DNA of 64,000 bases, taken from assembly GCA_009103225.1 (NCBI GenBank), contig RHPI01003156.1, positions 37,342 through 101,341 on the forward strand, written 5' to 3'. This document shows positions 1 through 12,809 of this stretch, piece after piece (within the stretch, counting starts at the first letter, position 1; every line of letters begins with the position of its first letter). The notes beneath the pieces are model-generated. The model saw nothing but the letters and a program-made list of their open reading frames with translations, was not told the origin of the DNA and did no database searches. The position numbers and the translations under genes are program-made. The DNA comes from Chlorokybus atmophyticus. Taxonomy: Eukaryota; Plantae; Mesostigma and Chlorokybus algae.

Positions 1-2059
1 AAGTAAAATGCGCACAATCTTGAAAATATTGTCATTTGTAAGATAGGCTAGCAAACTTTGTGTACAATTGTCACTTTCTTTCTCTTATGTGCCATATGCA
101 TCTCGTGTTTGCTAAACCAATAGCTCAGGGGTTTTCATTTTCTTAGCGCACCAGATCTAATTTAATCACTCGCAAGCACCGCTGCTCATTTTAAGCAACG
201 GTTGCATTGCTATGAACGCTATATGACTTCTCTCATGTGTTGATTGTGCTGCAAGTGAGCTTGCAGTGCACTTAAGGGACAAAAGATGACAGTTTAATTG
301 TCATATAGTGTATCTCTGGTACATACATGAATGAGTTGTCAAGATATGTAACATCATATGCATAATTATAGAATTTGCAGTCTACATATACATGTCGCTG
401 GTACGCATCTAGAGCGTCTTTTAACTATGGCCATTATTAAAACCAACAGCGGTATAGCATACACCATAGCCTGAGGCCATCAAGTTTGCATAATAGTACT
501 TTATATGCATTTGAAGCTAATCAAAAATGATCTATTATTAGCAAATGTTGGTTGGAAATTAGATTATATGTACAAGTATTGTGCTGAGAAATGTCCGGTA
601 TGTCATGAATGTGTAAAGAAAATATCACATTTTGTTACTTGAGTGCATTTACAGATGTTTGACTCTAGGCTGACCGGTAACTGTACTATAATAAGTACGA
701 TTGGATTGCAACTCAAGCAATGTGTTGGTAGTAAAATAGACCTTTGATAAACCACATTACCCTTTTTTGTGGCATTAATAGTACAATATATATTAGGCTG
801 AATAGCACATGCATCAGTGGGGCGTAAGGATCTTGAAGCATGTGGCTGCATGACCATGAGCGCAATATGTTATAGTGTTATCACTTAAACAACATTTCCA
901 TCATAAGCCATTAAATCTCAATAATAACTTCTCGTGTTGTTCTTCATAAGTTGCTTCTGGCTGATAATGTCACAAGTATGGATCAATATTACACATCTTC
1001 GAAACACGTCTATTCACAAGTCCGTTTTGCATTTTGATTAAATACATAAAAATAATTAGTGTATGGAAGGTTTCCAATGTCACCGCTGACTTGCATTGAT
1101 GAATCCCGCTTGAAAACAAGTAACAGCTTGGTAACCTACTTACAGTATAAACGCTTTAACACTTTTTGCTTTGGCGTTGTCGCATGATACGGTATGGACA
1201 TAAACTGCGTCTCGTTTAAAAAGTCACGGTGGATTTTCGAGTTTCGAGACTGCTAGTCTCCATATCGGCGATACCGAATAGAACAAGGACTGGATGTACA
1301 ATACTCATGTGGTAAGTTATAAGACGGCATCTATAATACTAATGTGGTGTGTTACTTAGCTTGTGCAACGTGCGATTTATCCACCATCAATTTGAGAGAA
1401 AAGCACTCTGAGCTTTGAGAAAAGAATTTTAATACAACAATGCGTTGCAGCACCTTCAGGGGTGTCTGAATGTGCATCATAATATAGTTTTTTAAGGGTT
1501 TTCGTCATAACGTGTGATGGCAAGTACTAAGATGCCTTCTAGTAGCAACCAATGAAATGCAAAGATTTTACATAATATCTTGCTGATCATGACGCATAGA
1601 GCTCAAACGCAGGGTCACCTTAAATAATTGATTGGGTAAGATTTAGAATAACCACATGCGCCACGCCTTCCATTGCGACAGCTACATCCACCTGGTGTGT
1701 GCTGATGCTGCTAGCTTTGATAATATGAAGTGCAACGCATAAAGGGATAGGTGCTGATCGTGTGCAAGTATGGCACGTATGGATGAGCTGGAAGCACCCG
1801 TGTCAGTAAGTGCGGTTGTGAACATACACTATACAACATTGCGGCTTATAAGCTTTATCACATCATTATCCAACAGGCTGATACATACAGCTTTTATAGA
1901 CTTACTTGCTGCAAACGCCGTTTGCAGCAAGTAAGTCTGCAAAGCTCATGGCGGCCATGAGCTTAGGTACGTCCTCTCGCCTCTGGCATTCTATAATCTT
2001 TGGCGAACAATTTTGAGGCCGCTAGAGCTGCACCCACCGGCACCGGCATCACTTAGCCA

Positions 2060-2490
2060 CATATGGATGTTTGCAAACCTACGTATGCGCATATGTGCGT
2101 GTGTGCCTGTACATCTGTGTGTGCAGGTGTTGTACTGTCACTGTGGCGTGAGTACCGTACTCTCATATAGCTTATGTGCATGCATGCACGTGCCATGTGC
2201 CACGCAATGCGTGCGTGCATGCGTGCGGTGTGTCTTGTCGACACATCATATGTTGCATGTGTATATGTGCGTTGTTGCGCGTGTGCACGAGTTCGCCGCA
2301 CTATGCGGCATAGTGCGCGTGCGCATGTGCATGAGTGTGAAGTCTGGCATGACTTACTCGTGCATGAGTGCCCACGCGTGCGCGCTAGTGGGTGGGCGGG
2401 TAGGCGCGTGGGCAGGGGGGCGGGAGCATGCATGAACATGCGTGTAGTGCTTTGATGTTGTTGCATGTGCATGCGGTGGTGTGCATGCAA
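2060..2490. repeat. Alternating purine-pyrimidine (TG/CA/CG-rich) low-complexity tract
   Basis: Dense TGTG/CATG/CGTG runs. Overlapping Cys/His/Val-rich ORFs in several frames are typical artefacts of such repeats. Confidence 0.6.
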
Positions 2491-2738
2491 TCATGCTTAC
2501 AACCATTCCATTATGCTCACGACCCAATTAACAAGTATGTAGAGTTGCAACTTGCACCCTCCCGCGTAATTTAATTGTGCGGAAGCTTGCAATGTTCAAA
2601 TACGTAAGAGAGTTTCCGCATGCGTGGCGCTTTAACATAACATGCCCTTTCTCACCAAACACATATCGTATTTGCCCAAAAACCTCCCCGTAAAAAACAT
2701 GACACCTCCCATTGATAGGGGGGGGGGGGCTTTGTTTG

Positions 2739-2796
2739 NNNNNNNNNNNNNNNNNNNNNNNNNNNNNNNNNNNNNNNNNNNNNNNNNNNNNNNNNN
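2739..2796. other. Assembly gap (N run) between G-runs
   Basis: 58 N bases with poly-G on or near both sides. Confidence 0.99.
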
Positions 2797-4749
2797 GGGG
2801 GGGGGTGGGGGTTTTCCGGCAAATACAGTTTGCTGTGTGATTCCCCATTTGACAAACACAAAGCATATAAATGACTATCACATTTGCGGAAAGACAGTAA
2901 AAGCTTGGCCAAACAGCCTATTATGAATTAATTGCCATTAAGTTGTTCAATAAACAAATAACAAGGACAATACAAAACATCGTACAGTACATCTATGCAT
3001 GTAGGGCGTATATCTTACATAATGCGTTGTATACGAATAGAATTATAAAGCCGTGTGTGGTGCCTAGCTGAAAATGCGCTTATTTATCTGTTGCAACCTC
3101 AGTTTCGTGCGCAATTGTTGTGATTGAATCCCTTTCTTACCCGCTACGAATGTCGTTATTTCATTATATTTATACGTTATATGCTTATCATGAACATTGG
3201 AATCGGATTACATCCTCAGCTCAAGCTTATCATTTGATATATTGATTAAACCTTATTGCCCCAAAAACTATATTAAACGAGTAACGCGTACAACTTAATA
3301 TGTGAGCTTTGTATGCATGATTATACCTTATATATGAGCTTATGTGACACATATTGCAAGCTTTATATCACTAGCATTGCACACCACAACACTCAGCATC
3401 CCCGCCCTCTGCCTTGCCTTGCTGCTGTTGCTGCGATCCATGCTACCGGTCCAACCTCCAGTCATGTGCGCACATGTCTGCTTACCTTGCCACCTTGAAC
3501 TTGCTTCACCACCCCTCCCCTGCCTTGCTGCTCCTCCCTCCGCCCCTCTGGTCACCTCCAGGCTGCAGGATCCAGCACATACCTAGCACACTTAGCTAAG
3601 TTTGGTTGCTGCCCCCATAATTGTGTGCTGTTGCCCGTGTGTCTGTTTGCCTTGCGGCTTGCTTGCATGCTCTTGCATATGATTGAAAAGCCTACGCATA
3701 GCATGAAAACACACGCACGAGCTACTACTATGCATGTTGTATGCATTGATTGTAACAGCTGTACGTATGAGCATTGCACACTATCTATGCACCATGTACA
3801 ATTCAGCCTCTATATGCACTATCACACTATCACACTATGATATACACAAGCTCGATGTATGCATAACACGGAAATAGCTGCATAAACTTGAAATGCAAAA
3901 AACTTAACATAGTATTACAATGCCCTCACATTTGCTGGAAGAAAACACGCCGCATGCAGACGGTATCCCGCAGCGGGGCCATCCGAGTCCGCAACGCACA
4001 CGACAGCGACGACTCGCCTCGCTGGTGCAGGTCGTCGCGCGTGCATCGGCGCGTTGCGATGCAGGGCTACGCGACAAACGACATGGCGGCGCGGCACATC
4101 ACAATCAGCAGGCTAAGTCCCCAAGTCCCATGCGAGAAAACTTTTTCTTGCTGATGTGAGCAGGCTTTGAGACCGAGATAGGGTCCCACCTGGCCTCATG
4201 ACACTTCATAGGCTGCTTGACGCAATGTCATGTCTCTGCTGAGTCGAGTTGAGTTCAGCGCTTGCACTTCCCTTCGCATGCCCTCTAACAAACAAGACTG
4301 ATATTACAGCAGCACATATAGTGCGATACTTGTCACACGTGAAGCAATAGAAGAACTGTGGATAACGCTTGCATGCCGTGCTTTGTCGTGCATGGGGCAA
4401 GCAGTGCTGTATGCCCCATGCACGGCAACAACAAAGTTTCCTTGCCGCTATGGCATCCAGAGGTGGAAAAAGGTCTCAGCCTTCCCCACTTCTGTCGCTT
4501 CTGTCCTGCTGACAGCGACGTGGACAACACGACACTGTCAGTCAGACAGTGTCGTGTTGTCCCAGACGCCGCTGCCGCCATTTTGGGCAGCCTTCACTTT
4601 GCTGGTACACTTTTCAGCTTTCAGCAATAGCACTACAGCGCACTTGGAGTTAAGAAGGAGGACGTGTGAAGGCTCTGTACAGACGCCGCCCTCCAGTGCA
4701 TGCCTGATTGGAAGAGGTAGACTCTCTCTCTCTCTCCCTCTCTCTCTCT

Positions 4750-4780
<31 letters not shown>

Positions 4781-4825
4781 ACACAAGCACAGTGCTCACT
4801 ACCCACCGCTGTCTAGAGCAACACC

Positions 4826-6656
4826 ATGGCGGCAATGAAGACCAAGCCCCTGGTCATCGATTCCCTCCTCCCATTCTCCCTCGTTGTGTTGCTGCTGGTG
4901 GCTGCTGCCCCGGCACATGCCCACAACACCCCAAAGCCCTTCATCGTCTTCAACAGTGAGTGTGTTCACAAACGTTGGCACACTCATGCACACAAGCATC
5001 AGCTCACGCCTCTTGCATATGCAACAGTTGCGACGTACTTCGACCTCTTTGTGGCAACACGTATTCTGAGCTTCTTTCCCGACGCCGACACGCTCCCCTC
5101 CCTCCCGCCCACTTCACCCGTGCACTTCGTGTTCACAGAGGACATCACCTTCCCTACCGGTTTGTGCTTGTCTGTGTATGTGTGAGCGTGTGCACGTGGG
5201 TGGGTGGGTGCACACACCCACACACGACTGTGTACGTGTGCACATGCGTGCCTGTGGGTGTGCAGCTGCGTCGTAGCGCGAACGTGCAGCTGCGTCGTAG
5301 CGCACGCCAACTTATGTACGTGTGCGCGCGTCTGCACGTCTGTGCGTGCAGGTGTGCGTGTGTGCATGTGTGTGTGCAATTGACTGGCATGTATGCAGCA
5401 TATAAACAGTGGCTTTGTCGTAACCACACATGTGAATCACAATTACTGCTGTCCGTCCACTTCACGCAGGCAGTGAGTACCTTCATATCCCCAACGTGGC
5501 CCTAAGCCTCTGGAGGTCAGTCACTATGCCACCAAGGAGGCCTGTGAAATATTGTGTGTTTGTGTGTGTGTGTGTGTGTGTGCACAAAACATGTTGCTCT
5601 CGCAGTGGCAAACCCAACGGCGAGCGCGTGTCCCTGATTGCTGAGGACAGCACCGTCGCCGGCTTCTTCCGCCAGTCAGGCTTTTTCTACCCGAACTTTG
5701 AAGCCCACCGCATCAACTTCGTCGGAGCGGTACACACGCACACATACACATAGACACACGCGGGCGCACATGCACGCACACAGACGCATCTGCGTGCCCA
5801 TACACATAGCTTCACGCGTGCTCATACACACGCATGTTCATGACAATATACACTACATGGAACCACTCAGACGCACATGCACGCGCACGCCGACACATAT
5901 AATTACACATACATGCACACGCACACGCACACGCATGGGACAACATGTATGCAACCTGGACTCGCCGTGCACAGGGCGTTGCGGCCATCGAGACGGAATA
6001 CACCCAAGATCCGCCTCGCCCCCAATCGTTGTACCTGAAGAACTGCGCGTTCACCAACAACAAAGCCGCCGTGCACTTCAAGTTCGTGCGGGCGACGGCC
6101 ACCTTCCGCGACTGCGACTTTGTCAACAATGTGCGTGTGGGTGTGTGCACCCGCATAGTTGGGTCTCTTACAACTGACACTAATGTGTCATACAGGGCAA
6201 CATTTTTGTTTATGACGATGTGGCCCTGCCGCCAATCTTCCCGGGTGCCCCCACAACTGAGCCCTCAGCCGTCATCACAACCACATGCTGCACGTTCAGC
6301 GGCACGGAGGTGCGTGTGTATGTGTACTTCGGGAGCCTGCACATCATCAACTGTGTACATGTCATGACATGGCTCACCTACCTCACTGATGATATCTCGA
6401 GTCATAAGACATTGTGTGGGTAACTGATGCTTTGGTTGTTGGGTAGACATTGTACTCGTGGAAAACGACCCGCCCAACAGCCGATGGGACTGTGACGGTG
6501 TGTCCGCCGACAAAGTCCATCAAGGTTGGTGTGAGCACTGTTTGTTCATCCAGAGTGTTTATGTGTGTACCCACTTGCTGATGGACTCACTCTTTTTTGA
6601 ATGTTTCTCAGTTTGGAGAGAATGTCACCGGCAAACGACACTGCGCATGCAAGTAA
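4826..6656 (+). CDS. Spliced gene: secreted protein with a probable parallel beta-helix (pectin-lyase-like) segment
   Basis: Hydrophobic signal peptide MAAMKTKPLVIDSLLPFSLVVLLLVAAAPAHA. GT-AG exons join in frame to ...LYLKNCAFTNNKAAVHF...ATFRDCDFVNN|GNIFVY...|TLYSWKTT...|FGENVTGKRHCACK*. The fold call is an inference from the xxxNCxFxNN repeats. Confidence 0.65.
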
Positions 6657-7510
6657 ATGTGTGAAAACGCGCAGGCGAGTAGTATGGCTCGGGGGGCCTG
6701 TGAGGGAAGTCTCATTGGTAGTGAGTGCTGATGTACCGGCGCATGTGTTATGCATGCATACTGCATGCGCTCACACTCACATCTTCAGCCACTCTGTCTG
6801 CATATCTAGCCTAGCTGTAAACTATCTTGCGCAAAGTAGCTTCATGTGTACCAGCGTGTGCGCGCAGACAACCCAACAATGCAGGTGTAAGCGTTTGCTT
6901 GCAACATCATTTGATCCAGCAGGCATTGTAGTCTTACAATTGGGACGCAAGGTTGGGGTAAACGAGGAACTGGTTGCATCAGCACAGCGATAAAACGATT
7001 ATGGGTTTCAATAGACCCTCAACATTTAATTTGTCGCCAGGTAACAGCAGCAAGGCATCGACATTCATGATTAGTTTATTGAAAAGGTGAATAGGTAACG
7101 TTGATACAGCATGAGCATATCTGTGCACACGGCACGCGAGTTGAGAACAATCAAGGGTTTGCGTGGATGTCAAGCTCCGCTCCCAATGCAGCCTGATTCC
7201 CGCTTAAGAGCGCACTCTGCCCTCCTGTCGACCTTCAACCCCTGTGGCAGGCAACACAAGAGCACCTCTGAGTACCTCTAAATGCAATGTAGAGGTAAGG
7301 TAAGGTTCACACACCATGCAGAGAAACATGCATGCTCGCCGTGTTGGCATAGTCGCATATCTTAACACTTGCCGAGTCAAGACACATACCTTGCAGGGCT
7401 TGAGTCTCATGTAGATTAGTTTCCAGAAACTCACTCATCGCATAAATCCACGCTTTGTCAGTAACACCACCAGAACTTCTTGCGTGACAAACAAAGGTTG
7501 ATTCATCCCA

Positions 7511-10500
7511 TCAGCTCGCACGCGTGAAGAATTGTGGCGCGAGTTCCGGCAGCCACGCTGGGTCGACTTGCGTGACATTGCGTATGTAATGTCGTGTGGT
7601 GAGCACGACTTCATCAAACACGACACATGCGGGAGCTTTGTCTTTGCTGCTCCTCCCGAACAGCACGCTCGAGGGGTGTATGCGGACGCTCTGTCCCGTG
7701 TGGAGGGACCTGTACGTGACGTTGTCGTGGGGCTCTTTGCGTGCGGCGTTGGCGAATAGACCCGCCACGAGGGCACGCCGGAAGGGCGTGTCGTCCTTCC
7801 CGCACGATGAGAGCTTTATGTTGGACCGAGCGCACGCGCTCGTGAGTTGACTGTAAACTGCCTCTGCTCTCCTCAGTGCACGCACGCTGAGACTGTTTGC
7901 TTTGCACCACTCCACGTCACGCCCCGCATCCCTGTACCTGCATCATGATAGTTGCTTGTAATGCGTTGGTACGTGTGTGGCACACGAATGCACACGCACA
8001 CACGCCTGGACACATGACATCGCGCGCGTGCACACGGGCGTGACCACACACACCCACGAACACAACCACACACGCACATACACGCACACAATCTGAACAC
8101 ACAGCCCTTATGCTGCTCTTACCCTTTGAGTGCACACACAAGCGCCCATAAGTCGCCGCCGGTGTCACCAGCCAGCCTGCGTTTGGCTGTGGCAGCCTTG
8201 TTGTTCATGCTTGAACTGTCGTCATCACTGTCATGGTCTCCTCGGTCAGTCTCCCGCTTGCTGTCGTTGACAAAGGCGCTGTCACCGACACTCAGCAGCG
8301 AAACAGCCGCAATAACCTCCTCCGTACAACCCATATCCCCTGACAAACATGATTCAGTATGGGAGTGTTGCACACACGCATACACACGCGTGCGCACATG
8401 CACGCACACACACACACACGCGCACACACAAGCCAACCACGTCCACACCTGCTGCAAGGATGGCCTTTGCCCACTTGGGTTCCACCGGCATTCCCGCCAT
8501 CTCTCTCCCCGCTTGACTCAGTCCACCCGTCGTTGCATCGATTGCTCCAAGTGCTGCGAGTAGTTCAAGTGCTCTCAGTAGTGCGGGTCTCGGTGGCGGC
8601 GCCGGCAGCGGGAAGGCGAGCGGGTCCGCGATCCCCAACGCCTTGAGTTGAAGAACCACGCCGGCGAGGTGGCAACGGAGGATCTCGGGGGCGGAGGTGG
8701 CGGCGAGAGCGGAGAAAGAGGACTCGGTGTACAGGCGGAAACAGCGCCCGGGACCGTCACGACCGGCTCGGCCGGCCCTCTGCCTCGCTTGCGCCTGTGA
8801 TTTGGAATCAGCATTATGCGCAAACCTTACCTGTTCATGTTGTGGGAGGGTGCGTGCACACGCACACGCAGTCACACTAAACACACATGCACGCACTGAC
8901 GCGCGCGCGCAGGCAGGCACCCACGCACGTGTGAGTGTGTGTGTGTGCGGGCAAGCACGTGCACGCAGTCACACATGCACACGCGTACACACATTCTACC
9001 ATATGCAAGTGCGCGCTTGTGCGTGTCTTTGTGTGCCTTTGCAAATACCTTTGACACGGCCACCACTGCAAGGGACTCAACCCCCGTCTTGGGATGATAC
9101 GCGCGCGCCTGAGTTGTTGATCAGTATAGAGACATACATGTTAACACCTGACCCCTCAAAATTCCCTCCCCTCACCTTGACAAGGCCTGTGTCAATCACA
9201 TAGCGCACGCCCGGGATGGTGACGGACGTCTCGGCAATGTTGGTTGCCAGCACTGCCTTGCGCGTCCCTGCCGGCGCAGGGGCGAACACAGCCAGCTGGC
9301 GCTCCGGTGACATGGCCGCATATATCGGTGTCACCTGCCCCACATACAAGCAGACATCCATTCTAACATCATGAACGAAATCACGCTAACTCACACGTGT
9401 ACGCTTATGCGCATGTGTACATGTGTACGTGTGTGCGTGCATGTACGCTTGTGTACGTGTAGTCTGTATGTGTGCACAATAAATACAAACATCATGTAGA
9501 TGTGATTGTGTGCACGCATGTGCATGTAAGGCACGCCGACCCAACCTGCAGTCGGAGTGCGGTGTCCGGCATGAGTGCCGCGCGTCGTGCGAGTAGGCGA
9601 GCGAGGGCGTCGATCTCCTCCTGCCCGGTGAGGAACGCCAGGATGTCCCCCGGTTCCTTCCCGGCGTCCAGGTGCGCCTGCAGCACCGCCACCAGCGTCG
9701 CGTCGAGGTAGTCAGGCTCAGGAGACGACGTGTACAACACCTGCCCACGCAAACATGTTGTGTATGTCACGTAATGGGTTTATCGCATGCAGTTGCAAGC
9801 ACTGTGATTGGCTGAAGAGTGGAAAACAGCCAGCAAGAAAAGTATGCTAAGTAATCCAAGTATATCGCATGCAAGTGCGTGCTACAAAACCAAGCACATG
9901 CAGTCAGAGTTCGCATTGAGCAAAGTGACGGCAATGCAGCACTCAGTTGTGAGGCACCAAGACCTGTAGTGTTACGTTTGCCTGTGCTGATTTGGTAGCC
10001 CAGCAACAAAGTGCTGTGTGATTGCATGCTAATGCTCCACATCACAATAACTTCTGCAAGAGCGTGCGTATGCGTGCATGTGCATACCTCGACGGGGTAC
10101 TGGCGGCCTTGGACATACGCCAGCGCCGCCCCCGGTAGATACTTCTGAAACGCGTCCGCATCCAGCGTTGCCGACATGACCACGATCCTCAACCTATTCT
10201 TGTCCCTTCTCCTCCTCCTCTCCTGCGCCTGCTTCAGCACGCCGAGCAGCACGTCCGTTGCCACGCTGCGCTCATGGGCCTCGTCCACAATCACCACGCC
10301 GTAGCGACTAAGCAAACCGTCGTCGAGAAGAGCCTCGCGGAGGAGGGTACCGTCCGTCGCGTACTTGATGCGGGTTGAGCGAGTGGTCGCGTCCTCGAAA
10401 CGAACGGCATAACCCACCTGATGCGTGGTTGTGTGAACAGCATGCGTGTGATGTGTACAGGCGCGGGCGCATGGCTATAATTCACACATGCAGAGAACAT

Positions 10501-11966
10501 TCACACGTACAACATGAACACAAAGCTACCAGCCACTGTGCATGCATATAAACAACCATGTGCGCATGGACTCATGCATTTTTTGAGTAAAAAGCATAAC
10601 CTGTGCAAACTCATCACCCCAAGCAATGATGTTTTTTATACACCACCAACATGTCACACATGCACCAAGCGAGAGACACACAACCAACATTGCAACCCTC
10701 TCACCTCTCCTCCAACGTGACAGCCGCGTTCCGAGGCCACGCGCCGCGCGACAGTCACAGCAGCCACGCGACGCGGCTGCGACACCGCGATGAGGAGCGA
10801 CTCACCGTGTTGTGGTTGCTGTTGCTGTTTGGACCCTGTGTTGTGGTTATTGTTGTTGTTGTTGCTGATCGTGGTGGTGAGGAGTTCCGGGGCGTCATCC
10901 AAGAGGTACTGCGGGAGCTCTGCAGTGGGGAGAGTGATGAGAAGTGGTTATGAGTGGAGTGAGGTAACAGTATATGGCTGAACAGTACTATGCTTACGTG
11001 TTGTCTTGCCGCTGCCAGTTTCGCCAATGAGTATGACGGTCTCATTCTGCCTTATCAACCCTATCAGCTTCTCCCGCGCTGCACACAGTGCACGCATCTC
11101 AAGGGTGCTCAACATGTGCACACAACATGCGGATGCGCGCATGTGTGCATGGAGACATGTATGTGTGCATGCCTCTGGTATGTGTACGAAGGCACGTACA
11201 CATGTGCACACACAAAGACACATGCGCGGACGCGTGCACGCACATACGCCACAACAACACCTGTCATTCATGCACGTGTAGTGTGAGCATCGATAAATGC
11301 ACCTGATGCTATGGGAAGCGAGGCCCGTTCCTTGGCCAGCTTCTGCGCGGCAGACCTCAGCTGCTGCGTTCTGTCTTGTGTGGCGTGGCCGCTGCTGCTG
11401 TTGTGGTTGTGAATGCCATTGCTGTTGAATGCTCGCTTTTTGGGGTTGGCACTGCCAACGCCTCCATTCGCAAACCTGCAAGAACGCACAACGCATGTCA
11501 CGCAAACCAGTGCAAATGGCATGCGAAACATCCAGAGAATGTGCGCGTGCGTGTTGTTTGCGAGAAACACATGCGCATGCGTGTACATGCACACCCACAT
11601 GCAGACATACATATTGTGAGAAACACATGTAAAATTGCAGGCGTGGACGAAGCTGTTCAATAAAAGTGCACTCAACAACTTGTTTGTGAGAACAAGCAGA
11701 AACCGTATGGTTTGCAGCATTGTTTGCAAATACCACAACCCGCCGAAGTAATTGGACGAAGTAGGTTTCGCAAATGGGACATCCAGCAAGGCTAGCGTTC
11801 CAGCGACAAAAACAACTTACACAGCCGACAACTAAATGCAGTGCTTCACAGCATCATCGCATGTGTACGTTCGTCAAACATAAGTCGCTCGTTTGGCCAA
11901 GCGAGCACACGCACAGCTTGTCAAGTCAACAGTCGCAACAGCTCACCCGCCGCCCCTGCCGGCCAT
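7511..11966 (-). CDS. DHX33: Spliced gene: DEAH-box ATP-dependent RNA helicase (DHX33/Prp43-like)
   Basis: Motifs [64 protein letters not shown], an HA2 region and the OB-fold tail IHPSSVLF...LPELAPQFF. Start MAGRGG|G at 11966 was inferred from splice phase. The family is certain; the DHX33 orthology is less so. Confidence 0.9.
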
Positions 11967-12809
11967 GAGTCCACACCGCAGCGTCAGCCTCCTTCACCTT
12001 CACATGCCTCTCCTACTCCACCTCCTACTCCTACTCCTACTCCAGTTTCTCCACCTCCGCCTCGGCCTCCACCTCCGCCGCCGCCTTGCATGCTTCGGTG
12101 GTGAAATGTTGCCTGGTGGTCAGTGCTGAAGAAGGAGGTGGAGGCGGAGGCGGAGGCGGTGGGAGATGTTGCTTCAGCTGGTGATTGGTTGGTTTATTTG
12201 ATCGCAGCGTTGCTCGCTTATGGCAGTAAGCATGAACAATGAACCCAAGCAAGCATGAGAGCTGCGTGAAGCACAGCTGTCTCTGGCTGCTGGACCAGCA
12301 GCAAGCGTTGCATTGAGAACAGCAGCAGCAAAACAACTGCAAGTGCCAGAACAGCTGCTGCTGGGGTATGCTGTTCGTGCTTATGCGCTGCGTTTCAATG
12401 GCAATGCTCACACTGTTTGCAATTATCAACGCACGCTTGCTATATGATAAGTCGACATGCGGCTGAGCAAACGTCACTTTCAGTGTTCATGCACACTATG
12501 ATCAACAGCATTCCGCTGCTTGTCATACACTGCAACAAACTTGGCACAAGTGCAATGTGGACTGTAAATGACACAATGCAAGCTTCCAAGGGAGGTCCAC
12601 TGTCGTTGTAAATATGCAAATGATTGACATGCTGTGTCTATTGACCGCAGATTGAAGTGACTCTGACTTAGCATTGCTGTGGTGGAAGACTTAGCTACAA
12701 CATACACGCACACACACGTGCACAAGCACACACTCCCCACCCCCCACCAACAGCAACACCAACAATACCCACAGCAACACCAACAGCAACATCAGTAAGA
12801 TTAACAACA

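Noticed and set aside
2013-2490. Cys/His-rich ORFs here and in many introns as metal-binding proteins
   Set aside because: They are by-products of TG/CA repeats and appear in several frames at once.
3340-4160. Minus- or plus-strand gene in the GC-rich patches
   Set aside because: I could not build a consistent exon chain or find a recognisable domain.
7240-7434. 3' UTR intron 76 nt after the helicase stop (possible NMD trigger)
   Set aside because: It rests only on a GTGAGT and a candidate AG, with competing splice-like sites nearby and no transcript evidence.
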